This document shows, piece after piece, positions 1 through 10,870 of a DNA stretch of 64,000 nt. This DNA comes from Lama guanicoe (lineage: Eukaryota): NCBI GenBank assembly GCA_013239625.1, contig MU053561.1, positions 250,826 to 314,825 of the forward strand, given 5' to 3'. A program made the translations under genes and the position numbers. Position 1 is the first letter of the stretch, and every line of letters starts with the position of its first letter. The notes below the pieces were generated by a model that was not told the DNA's origin, searched no databases, and worked only from the letters and a program-made list of their open reading frames with translations.

Positions 1-187
1 TAGATAAACAAGATTACACTGTATAGCACAGGGAAATATACACAAAATGTTATGATAAATCACAGAGAAAAAAATGTGACAATGAGTGTGTATATGTCCA
101 TGAATGACTGAAAAATTGTGCTGAACACTGGAATTTGACACAACATTGTAAAATGATTATAAATGAATAAAAAATGTTAAAAAAATA
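1..187 (+). mobile_element. L1 3' UTR end with A tail (truncated by window start)
   Basis: Near-identical reverse complement of 19822-20011, which is contiguous with L1 ORF2 C-terminal coding sequence; ends in an A run. Confidence 0.9.
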
Positions 188-1449
188 CAGGATCTGGTAT
201 GTGGTAAATATTCACCAAAATGCCACTTAATGGGTTGAACTTACTTGCTCTCATCTCCCAGTCTTCACTGATTCCAGTTTCTTCCCTTGATTTTCAGTTC
301 CCTTTTTGTACCCAATTTATATCCATAGCTTCCTTCAAAACATGTCTTTTCAAACACCTCTTCAGTCATAGCCTTTCCCTACTTTCATTCATAACATTTA
401 CTCTGTATTCCTCTAGGAATGTATGCAATAAGTTCAACATAGTAACAAAACCAACAAAAGTTATATGTGACCATAATAAATGCTTTCCTAGAAATAGTCA
501 CCTTGAGAAAATTGCACACCTATTTTAATAATGTTGTCATAGACTCAGTTGTTTCAGGAGCTGCTCTTTGGGGATGACTAACTTTACATTCTTCTGGATA
601 TTTTTTCATGGTGACAAATCTAATCTTTGTAGGTGATTTAAAAATTTTGTATACGGTCAAGTCACTATGAACTAACTATATTTAGTGAGTAAGAAGAATG
701 ATCAAGCTGCTTACTCCATAGGTCAACAACTAAAAAGTAATGTTATCATCTTTCTCTGAACATATTTGCACAAGGGAAATTCCAAAACTATTTTGACTGA
801 TTATGTTATTTTCGAAAAGAGTTTCCAGCACCCTAAGGTGACCACTTTCAATAGTAGTACATGCTTATCTATTATAAAGTGCTTATTAAAATTCAGCTTG
901 GAACGTCATAGGCCTATGATCATACTGACTTGCACTTGTTTAACGTTGTTTTATTTATATTCTAGTAACATCTCTTAGGTGATAGAGATTGGGAATGAGT
1001 AAGGTTATGGTCCTTGCCCATAGAGACCTCCTAATCTGATTGAGAAGCTAGAAATACAAACAGTCCTGTTTGAAAAATAGGTAACAGTGTAAGATAAAGA
1101 AGCAGTACAGCGGAGGGACTGTGAGGGGTAGAAATTCATTACAATGTCGACAGAGCCTTCTTAGGACTGAAGGATGAATGGTTAGAAGTTCACCAAGAGG
1201 AGGAGGGAAGGGGACTACAAGAATCATTCCCCCCAAAAAAGAAGAAAAAAAAAGTCATTCCAAACCAAGGGAGCAGAAGGTACAGAGACTGAAACAAGAA
1301 GATATGTTCAGGGGAATCTCAAGTCATTCAACATTGCTCTTGTGTAAAGTTCACAGTTGGGGCAGAGAAGATGAGATGTGGAGCCCAATGAAGTGAAGGC
1401 CATTTTTAGAAGTTTGGACTCTATCAGGCTCTGTGGGTAGGATTTCCCT

Positions 1450-2260
1450 TCCCAACAGGATCATAAACTCCCACATCCAATTAGTCACACAGGTTTGCCC
1501 CCCTGCCCCCATTCTTTTCTTCAAGATTGTCTGAGATCCATTCTTTCCTTTTCATTCTGACATTTACCTCATTACTTCAGGCCTTCATCACCCCATGCCT
1601 GGACTGTTTCACAGACTCCTGACTGGTCCTTGGACTCTAGTTCACCTTTTGCTCCTGACAATCAATTTTTCACGGGATTATCGGAGCAACTTTCCTTTCC
1701 ATCAAGTCTCACTCTTGTTCAAAAACTTTCAATGGTTTTTTTTTTAATGATCTGAGATATAACTGTACCCCTCATCCCCTCCCTGCTTGTCGTTCAAGGT
1801 CCTGCATAATCTGGTCCCAAACTCCTTTCCCTCCTTGACTCCCGTCATTGCTAATAGTGCCAGACCTCATCTACAGTTTCCCTTATCTTATTTGCTTTTA
1901 TGATGTCTCTCCCCTGGAATGCCATGCTCACACAAACTTTTTGTTTATTTCAGCTCTTTTCTTACAAATAGCAAGCCCACTTGTACCCATTCCTGATCAC
2001 ATCCCCGACTCTCCCGCCCTAGAAGTAACCATTATTCTGGTTATATTCTTTTACTATATACTGTGTGATACGCATCCATTACTAACCTTTCAAGATTCTG
2101 CTCTGATCCCAGCTCCTGCCTGAAAGCCTTCTCTGAATCCCGCAGCCCGCAGCAACAAAGTCTCGGTTCTCAAAACTAGCTTGTGCATCATGTGTCTTTA
2201 GCATCACTTCAGTGTGCTGGGCACGCTGCTACGCGAAGTAAGGCGCTTAAGAAACATTTG
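1450..2260. mobile_element. Highly degenerate L2-like relic
   Basis: Pyrimidine-rich L2-like phrases (e.g. CTTCAGGCCTTCATCACCCCATGCCTGGACTG, TTCAAAAACTTTCAATGG, AAGGTCCTGCATAATCTGG). Recognised by resemblance only. Confidence 0.5.
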
Positions 2261-2270
2261 CTAGATTGAT

Positions 2271-2300
2271 TGACTGACTGACTGACTGACTGACTGACTG
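2271..2300. repeat. (TGAC)7 tetranucleotide microsatellite, preceded by (GATT)2
   Basis: Read directly. Confidence 0.95.
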
Positions 2301-2996
2301 AAGGGTTTTGCACAACCCAGCTGATGGCTCTGTTCATTTTAAACGGACTTTGGAGCCTTGGCCCCATTACCTTCTTTGACAGCACTGGTCCTTCTCTAAG
2401 GGACTCGTCTGGCTAGCCCGGGGGTGTGTGGGTGTGTGGGTGTATGGGGGCGATACCTATCTCACTGGATGAGGTCCATCTGTCCCTTCAAGTTCAGGAT
2501 CTTGGCGGCCCTAGCGTTTGAAGTTCAGAGTCTTAACACCCACCCCCTGGGGCAGAGGCCAGGCCCAGCGAGGCTCTAGCGTCGATTGAGTTAAGGCGCG
2601 TCGGGACCCGAAGCGGGTTGGAGAGGCAGGAGGGGGTGTCTAAGGGCTCGTAGTAGATCCCTCCGCGCGCAGCTCGGGCCGGCGCTTCTTCCTGCGGGAA
2701 ACCCCTGGGTGCCGAAGGCGGCGGGGCCTGGCCTCGGCGACAGCGGGGCGGGGTTTGCGGTGGGAGGAGGCGGCCGAGGCGGAAGGACACACGAGGCTGC
2801 TTCGCCTGCACACCCGAGAAAGTTTCAGCCAAACTTCGGGCGGCGGCTGAGGCGGCGGCCCAGGATTGGCAGACTTGGGGTGCAGGGAGTGGAGGCACTG
2901 AAGCCTGAGCTTCGGGGCGTAGCGCGAGGCTGTGAGCGGCAGAAGCAGGAGGAGAAAAGGAGAAAGTGGGGGCTCCTCTGTCGGGACCCCCTCCCC

Positions 2997-3118
2997 ATGT
3001 GGATCTGCCCAGGCGGCGGCGGCGGCGGAGGAGGCGACCGAGAAGATGCCCGCCCTGCGCTCTGCTCCGCTGTGGGCGCTGTTGGCGCTCTGGCTCTGCC
3101 GCGCGGCCCCCGCGCGTG
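2997..3118 (+). CDS. Upstream overlapping ORF MWICP(G)8DREDARP..., counterpart of human NOTCH2NLC uN2C; exon-1 part (ends at TGA 49072-49074 after splicing)
   Basis: ATG at 2997, 49 nt upstream of the main ATG and out of frame with it; reads the GGC repeat as polyglycine. Translation is not demonstrated. Confidence 0.6.
3012..3035 (+). repeat. (GGC)5(GGA)2(GGC) trinucleotide repeat in the 5' UTR
   Basis: Read directly; ends 10 nt upstream of the NOTCH2 ATG. Confidence 0.95.
3046..3118 (+). CDS. NOTCH2: NOTCH2 coding exon 1 (signal peptide [24 protein letters not shown] + first base of Ala25)
   Basis: Translation resembles the human NOTCH2 signal peptide ([25 protein letters not shown]). The ATG is in GAGAAGATGC context (-3 A). 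The 73 coding nt end at a canonical donor G|GTGAGT (intron starts 3119, phase 1). It lies in a CpG island. Confidence 0.97.
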
Positions 3119-5106
3119 GTGAGTATCCGGCGGAGGGGTGCTGTCTCCTGCGCCCCGGTCCGCGCCCCTCCGGCCCGGCCCGGCCAGCCGGCCACCTGGA
3201 GCGACAGTTCCCACCCTTCTGTCCTCCACTCTGCGAGAAGGCCGGGCTCGGCCGCCGGCGCGGGGCAAGGCCACTTGGTTCCCAAAGTTTGGACATCATT
3301 GGACCCCCTCCCTAGGCGCGCCCCCTCCGCCGCGCTCCCCACCGCCTATTGCGCCCCAGGGCCGGTGGCCCCACACACGCCTCCTCGGCCGGAGGGAGGC
3401 CGGGCAGCAAGTCTCAGAAACTCCCTTTCTGGGGCACTTGAGTTCGGGGAGTTGGGCAGTTTTTGCCCGCTTGGTTCCGCGTTTTCTGGGGTCGAGGGAG
3501 AACCAAGGGCGGGCTGCCGGAGAGGAACCGTGGCCGGCCGCAAAGCGCAGATGGGCTGAGCGAAGGAATGCCAGATTCTGGCGTGGAGGGAGCGGGGGCA
3601 GGGCCTCCAAGCCCAACGACTTGCACCTTCACGGCCAGACTGAGCTTTGCTAGAGGGAGGCCCACAAGTCTGAGTGGGTGGGTTTGGTTTGGATGGGACT
3701 GGGTTTTGCTGCGCGCCCAAGTTCTGACACTCTGAATCCACGGTCCCTTTGAATCCGATGTAAAGTTTTCAGTCTTTGAAAGGTGGAGGCAGGAGCAGTA
3801 GGAAAACTGGTGTGGCTGCATGCTGAGCCACATGATTTAAAAATCTCAACTGCTGTTATTCTTTCTGAGGCGCGGAGCTCGGGCACTGTTTCAGAGTCTG
3901 TGTCCAGCCCCAGGAATGTGGTGTGACGATCATCAACTCCTCCAACCTGGCAGCAGCTTTTGCTGTTCTTTTGGCACAGATGGGGGTGGGGCATGGGCGG
4001 GTGAGGAAAAGTGGATACGTTAATTCAAAGTGGTGCCTTAGAAAGCTTCTTTATGGTTGGATATTTGCAACAGGGTTGGATCCAGGAAAGGAAATCAGAT
4101 CATACCCATCCCACCCACACCCTTAGATTCCAAATTTCTTCAGACTGTTTAGTGGAAAGAGCTTGGGTTTTGGAGCCCCTGCTCTTTAATCCTGGGTTCA
4201 AATCCAGCTCTGTTGTATGAACTAACCAATAAAATGGGAATGAAATTACCCAGCTAATAGGATTAATTAAGAGAATGTATATTAAATCCATGGCAGTCAA
4301 AAGGTATTCAGAAAGTTCTTTCAGGGCAGAGCTGTGTTTTATTTTTTTCTGAACTATCTGCTTCCAGTGGGATGGGGTCCTGTGCATGTTTGTTGAACTG
4401 AAAAGGGTCTCTTCTTTTTCTAGCCTGATATGAAGGAAGATTTTACCTTTACCAAACAAAACAAACTAGTACATTAGTTATGTCTCTTGGCAAAGAGAAC
4501 TTCAGGAAGATGATGAGCTTCAGAAAGATTTGCTCTTTGTTCATTGTTAACCGGCAGTCGACATGCCAGTCACAGATGCTTAAAAGAGATCAGGTTATTT
4601 ATCACAGTGCTGGGTTGTTCAGCACCAACCAGATCCTTCTTGGAAAGTTCACGTTCCTTGGGTCCCTAACAGTTTCAGAAGTGGATCAGGATGCTGTGTG
4701 GTGGTGACCCAAAACTGTTGTTTTAGAAACATTTAACAAAACACATATTTCATAGTATTTTTGCCTTTACTTTTTCTTCGAGTGAAAGCTTTAGTGTAAG
4801 TGTAAACTTAGGATAGAGAGGAGTATAAACAATGAGCTAGTTTGAGGGTTATAATCCTTGGTCTGTCATTAGCTTGTTTTAGTAAATAATTTAATCTTCA
4901 TGATCTGTAGGCTTCTCACCTATGAAGCAGAACCAAAGGAATCACTTACTTCAGATAATTGGAGAGAATAATGATAAATGTTTGCATGGTGATTGGCAAA
5001 ATTTAGTGTTCAATGATGAGACAAATGTCAGACACAGAATTGCTCTGACGCACAGAGCTCCTCTCATTCTGGGACCTGTACTTCTGCACTGATGGGATAT
5101 TGCCAT

Positions 5107-5200
5107 TACTAGCTAGCTTTTAGGTAGACAAGCCCAAGTACTACTAGCTAGCTTTTAGGTAGACAAGCCCAAGTACTACTAGCTAGCTTTTAGGTGGACA
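5107..5200. repeat. 35-bp tandem repeat, ~2.7 copies (TACTAGCTAGCTTTTAGGTAGACAAGCCCAAGTAC)
   Basis: Copies at 5107-5141 and 5142-5176 are identical; partial copy at 5177-5200 has one mismatch. Confidence 0.95.
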
Positions 5201-8200
5201 GGTGTTACAGTGTTAGCTCAAAGGACAAGATTTAGATACTCTGATTTTTAGACAGGTGTTCCTCAGTCGCTAAACTGTAACGAAATAGATTACAAAACCT
5301 GTTTCTTGGTACAAACCTTAAATCTTTTTAGTCTAGCAGTGAAAGTTCTTGAATCTTCTCAATCTAGTGTCATTGTGTTTTGCCAAGGTACCAATTATAA
5401 CATGCCCTTCCAAACTTTTGAGTGTTCCTGTATTTGGCTAGTGGCCAATTGTTAATTTAAACATCACTTGGTTCCTAAGGCAAGGAACCGTCAACACATC
5501 TGTCTGATTGTCTAAGCAGCCATCCAGGACCACCCCTTACTCCTTGTTTTCTTTTGCTTTGCGATGGGAAGTGACTCCCTGGTTTTGCTGCGGATTAGAT
5601 GATTTCTCAGTTGAAGTCTTCTCTAGCCTTTAAAAAAATTATGGAATAATTGTTTTTTCTTTCAGATGGAGATAAAATTTACTCTAAAACTGTTTTCCTC
5701 TTCTTCTTGTCCTTTATCTACTATTATTATTTCTTTTTTGGGAGGGAGGATGAAGGAGAGTGATTATTTTAGTCTCACTTTTCTTTTTCCTGATGTTTTC
5801 ATTTTAAAAAATATTTACCCACATCTCCTTGGTGTCTGTCTGTGCCATTCTCATTCTGCTGCCTCTTCTATAGCTTCTTATGGTGTAGAGGAATGACTTT
5901 TGGTTCATCTGAACTATAGTTGCTGACTTCAGGATCTTTAGAAAATGTTTAAATTCAGTGGGATATGCTTGGATGCTTCAGACCAGCCTTACAATACATT
6001 TTTAAAATATCACACCCGCAGAAATTCTATTTTGCCCACAAAATTTGCATTGATCTAGTTCCCATTCTCTGATGCCATTCCTAGTGGTCTTCCTCTTTAT
6101 CGTGTCCACTGTGATAGAACAAAGCTCCACATCTTGGCTGCATCAAAATCAGTTGGGGTGATTCTTGGACTCAACACCCAGGGATTCTGGTACAGTAGGT
6201 CTGAGAATCTATATTTTTTAAGATTTACAGGCTATTCTGATACAGTAACTTGGTTGGAACCCAATGATATTTCATTATTCTGCCTTCAGATTTGTATATG
6301 GGGGGGTCTTTCCTTTTTAATTTTAATCATTTCCAGAATGAACCCAAACTTCATCAGCCATTTCAGTATTTAACCCTTCTGACTCCCAAAGACTTTTAAA
6401 ATTGCTAACAAATATAGAAGCTGTATAGTGCTATTTCTTCTTGTTCATCTGGGCACAGTGGGTCCACACTGTCTTTTTAGAAGGACTTCATATAGTTGCA
6501 TGATATTATTATAAACTACCCCTCCCCCTACATTTTCTTCTCTTTTGTCTCCTTTTTTCAAGCTTCATTCGTATATATCATTTTTGGACTCTTTGTCTAT
6601 TTGTCTTTAATGATTTTAGAGTGAAAAATTCTAAGCTATGATTTGAATGAGAATATGATCAGAAATTTTACGTTATCCTTATACTGTGTACACACTCCTT
6701 ATTTAAGTGCTTCCTTTTTTTGACATTTCTATCTGGATGCCACATTCATTTTCCTTCCATCCTTTTGTGATTCTCCTTCTCTTCTCTTCTTCCCTTTCTC
6801 TGCAAATGACTTGAAACCAAAAGGTTTCCTTTTCTTCTACTTTTCTCTCTTTATCAGTCTATCATATGTATTATATTTTAGAAGGATTACTGGACTAGGG
6901 GCCAGAAGACCAGAATTCTCCTCCAGGTCAGTTATTAATTAGTCTTGTGATCTTGTGGGAGCAGCACTGCTTTGGTCTTCTGTTTGCTCAGGCACTTTGT
7001 TGTCCATAGTCACTGAGCCAATTACAGAGTCGAGACTCGAATCTCTGTCTTCTGGTCCTCAGTCCAGTGCCTCGTCCACTCTCGGCACCACTTCCATCTC
7101 TTGTTCAAATGAGATTATGTACACAGAAACACTCAAAACATCCTCAAGTGCTTATTGTTAATGTGTGCTTCTTGAGGAAAAGAATTGTGTTTTTTCTTTT
7201 GTGTTTATTCTGATGTCCCCACCCCTACCCTTGTACCTAACATGGTGCCTTGGCATCTAATAGGCATTCAATAAATGTTTAATCAAACATTTACTTTTAG
7301 TCACTTTCTAATTCTGAACTACTACGATACTTCAAGACAGTTTTTTAAAATAATATTTGCGAGAGTTATTACTTACCTTACTTACATTTGGGGGAAAAAC
7401 CAAATTTTTCCCTTCCCCAGATGTTTTATTTAAACTTGCCGCTTTGAATTTCCCTCTCTCTCGCTGTGTGTGTGTGGTTTCTTCTCTCTCTCTCTCTCTT
7501 TTTGTGATCACTTCTGCAATTCATAAAGGTCACTTTGACTTTGGAATTTAACCTCAAAGGCGCTGGCATCCACCCCCTGCCTCTTACTTGAGTTGCTTCT
7601 GCTGCTTCCTGTATCACTGTTATTACTGCAGCAGCAATTTCTATCATTTTGTTCTGAGTTGCCATATGTTATTATAACTTGGACATTTTGGGAACTCTTG
7701 GAGTAGTATTTTTTAAATTAGAATTAACTAAACTTGTATTTGTTTAGATGATTTTTTTTGAGATTTTTCTCATCATGAGCTGAATATTGCACACTTGTGC
7801 TAGACTAAGGATGAGTATTTTTTTTCCCCACCAAGACAGTTCCCTTGGAAACAGCTACCACCCACAAAAACTCCAAAAGTGAGACGTGATAGATACATTT
7901 TGGGGAGAACCATGGGGTGTGAGCTATCTTTGAAATGAAAGTTGCTTCTTGAGGGCAGGGACCGTGTCACACACATCCCTTCTCTGGCCTGTGCCAAACA
8001 TACAGAGTCGGCTGGGCAGTGTGACTCGTGCTCTGTCCTCCTCAGCTTTGGTACGTTTTGAAAGAGAGGTGACAGTGAGTCAGAGGTGTGTCTTATGCTC
8101 GCTTCTCCTTTGAAGAGAAAAGATCAGTTGGAGGCTGACCCCATCTACAGACTTCTACCTCTTTTTATGAATTGATGTGTAGCTGAAATTTTCCTCTTTG

Positions 8201-8671
8201 TTGGCTTGCGTGTTTGCAGGAACTTTAAAATTCGTCTAGTCCTTCATTTGGTCCCATGCTGATTCTGATCCTCATACAACATCCTACTTAGGAGGTAACG
8301 TGCCTTTTTTTGTCCCGGAACACCTCTTGTGATGGACAGCTCCCTGCCTCCAGAGGCAGTGAGTCCAGCTTTGGACAGCTGTATTTCTTAGAAAGATCTT
8401 ACATTTAGCTGTAATCTGCCTCCGTATGATTTGCACCTATTGACATCTTCTCAGGAATCTGTCTCAAAGATTCCTGATCCTTTTGTGGGTGACAGGGATC
8501 CAGAGGTACCCTTTACTGAACTGACACCCACCTCTCCATAAAAGGAGTCAAACCCTGTGAGGAGCATGAAGATGATCCCGTCTGGGGTGATTGCTTGGGT
8601 TAATCACCTTAACACTGTGTTTTATACCTCCCTGCCCAGATGGGCTCTGGTAGGAGGGGATCATCTGTCCA

Positions 8672-8820
8672 GCAGTGTTTCTCTAACCTCTCATAATAAG
8701 AATGCCTGGGGTCTTCTCCTGGAGATCCTGTTTCAGTGAGTCTGGAATGGTATCTGGGAATTTGTATACTTTAGAAAGAGCCAGGTAATTTTTACACTAG
8801 GATAGTTTTGGGATCACTGC
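8672..8820. mobile_element. MER5-like hAT DNA transposon relic
   Basis: CAGTGTTTCTC...GGGATCACTG terminal inverted ends and a MER5-like interior. Confidence 0.5.
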
Positions 8821-10761
8821 AGAGTGAATCTCGGGGAAGCCAAGGGCTTTTTGTTTTGTTTTGTTTGTTTATTCTCTGATAGTGGTAGAGATGGGTTGCT
8901 TTGATTGGGTCTGATGATCATTTTTTTCCTCCTTGAAAGTGCCAACTTCATGCTGAATGCCTAGCTTACTGGGGAGAAAAAAGCTACTTTGGTACCCCCA
9001 TAAGGTCAGTAAAGTTGTTTTGTCTTAAGCTTTTTTTTTTTTTTGGCATTCTATCCAAAGTGGGACTGCTGTATATGTGTGTCATGTATGCCTTTGGTGG
9101 AAGCCTCCTTATCCTTCCATCAGGATATTACCTGAGATGCCAGAATACATAGAAGTTCCACAGTCTTTTTAAAGTCCCTTATGGAATTCTGTCCTCAGCC
9201 CTTGTGAATGATGCTGTCTTTGAGGTTGTCTGTTTTGTTAACTCATGAACACATATCTGGTGTTAGGGGTTTCCCTCAGATATATTAGTGCAAAAAAGAT
9301 AAAGGTCACTCATTTCAGGGAGTCCTGCTTTTGGGGTGTCTGGGCTGCTGCAGAGAATGAAACAAGTAAGAGAATAAAGGAGGAATCAAGGCCCTCTTGA
9401 GCAGAACTGAGCAGTCTGCAAGAAGGGGCCCAGGAGTGCTCCTCTGACTAAGACACTTGATCTTGCCGTTCCTCATAGGAAGAAGGAAGTGGCTTCGGAT
9501 CTGAAAGGATATGCTCATGGCCTCTGGGTGGGACGTACTGCAGTGCTCACTGGCCGTGGCAGGATGCTTGCAGTAGGTCTGTTCTTTCTCTCCTTCTCTC
9601 CTTTTTGAGGGGAATACCAGCTATGTGGCAGGAAATACATTGTGATCTTAAAAAGAACAGTAAAATCAAGAAGAGTGGATGATAAAAGTCATAGCTAGCA
9701 GTGAGCAAAGCAAAGCAATTATTGCATTAATTTATTTATATATGTAAATATGTAAATTTCTCTACAGTACTCTAGTAGGAGCCCTAGGTGTTGGCTCTAA
9801 CGTTTACTATCTTTGTAGCTCTGCTGTCTTAGGTGTGTTAGGGAGGACCATGGTTTGTTGTCATCCATCATTTGTGTGTTTCCTTTCCCTTAGCATCATG
9901 TGGTAGAGAGTACAGGGTATTCCGTTCTTCTAGCTGTGTGAAAATCATTGACCGAGTGGAAGATAGGGTCTTGCCCCCAAGGAGCTGACATCATCGGGGA
10001 GACAGGACAGATGAGCGCATACAGTTAGGGATATGAAGTACAGTTAGTCAGTCACTTATCTGCACTCTCTGAGCGCAGTTTCCTGCAGTCAGGGTGACTA
10101 AGAGCTGTAGGGTCTGGGGGCGTAAACTCTGGGACCACCAGGGAATAGCGTCCCCCAGTTCACCCCTGCTGGGCTTATCTGCTGCTCTCCTTTTTCTCTG
10201 TTGGAATTCAGAAGTATCAAAACATGACTTGGGGAAAAGACAAAGACCCCTTTGTTTGGTAGGGGTGTAAATATAAAACTGGCACATGTTGTGGTGTCTA
10301 TTATGTCTGTCTGTTAGTGGGTTTGTGGCAAGAGGGAGGTCTGTGTTCTCAGCCCTGGATGCCAAGCCTGATCTAGGACAAGTTAAGGTGGAAGTATCTC
10401 CTTTGGAAGATCTAGTCCTCAGTGGCAGGAGCTGAGGGAACGTCTTGTCACAGCCAGGCAATGACCGAGGTACAGTATGGACACACCCAGGGTTGCTGCC
10501 TCAGGTGGCATTGATTAATCATACTAACATCTCCCTCACCCTCTTGTGCTTGCCTTGGCAAAACCCTGTTCTACCAGCTCTTCAGAGTTTGGGCTTTACT
10601 AGATAATTGAACAGACTCTTGGGGAGTGGGGTCATTTTGCTGACTCTTTTCACTCTTGAACTTCAGGCCAGTAACCATGGTCAAGCTCTGGTGCCTTGGG
10701 TCTCCTGGCCAGGCAGTAAAGGGCCTGTGTCTCTCTTCCCATTGGACTGAAGCAGGAAGCA

Positions 10762-10870
10762 GGGAGCGGGGGGAGTAGCTCAGTGGTAGAGCATGTGCTT
10801 AGTATGCATGAGGTCCTGGGCTCAATCCTCAGTACCTCCATTAAAAAAAGAGAAAGAAAAGAAAAAACAC
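10762..10870 (+). mobile_element. tRNA-derived SINE (Vic-1-like, camelid type)
   Basis: A-box TAGCTCAGTGG, B-box-like GGGCTCAATCC and an A-rich tail. Homologous to copies at 13432-13557 and 58261-58413. A 15-bp direct repeat CATTGGAC(T/A)GAAGCA lies at 10740-10754 and 10883-10897. Confidence 0.85.

Larger units (their letters stand above)
2540..3720 (+). promoter_or_regulatory. NOTCH2: CpG island / TATA-less NOTCH2 promoter and 5' UTR
   Basis: Abrupt rise in GC and CpG density against an AT-rich, CpG-depleted background. GC box GGGGCGGGG at 2745-2753; ETS-like CTTCCTG and E2F-like GCGGGAA near 2687-2700. Boundaries are approximate and the TSS cannot be determined. Confidence 0.9.

Noticed and set aside
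2533..3994. Many long overlapping ORFs on both strands (up to 269 aa)
   Set aside because: Expected from stop-codon scarcity in a GC-rich CpG island. The products are low-complexity Arg/Pro/Gly/Ala with no recognisable domain, and many start at GTG/TTG.
5107..5200. CRISPR-like 35-bp repeats
   Set aside because: Head-to-tail units with no spacers, in mammalian intronic DNA.
5640..5896. Acceptor-like TTTTTCTTTCAG followed by an ATG ORF (possible cryptic exon)
   Set aside because: No recognisable protein similarity or paired donor; such motifs are frequent in T-rich introns.
10768..10842. tRNA-like sequence with A and B boxes
   Set aside because: It has an A-rich tail and a degenerate stem pattern, and two more copies occur in the window (one with a clear TSD). 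It is a SINE, not a tRNA gene.
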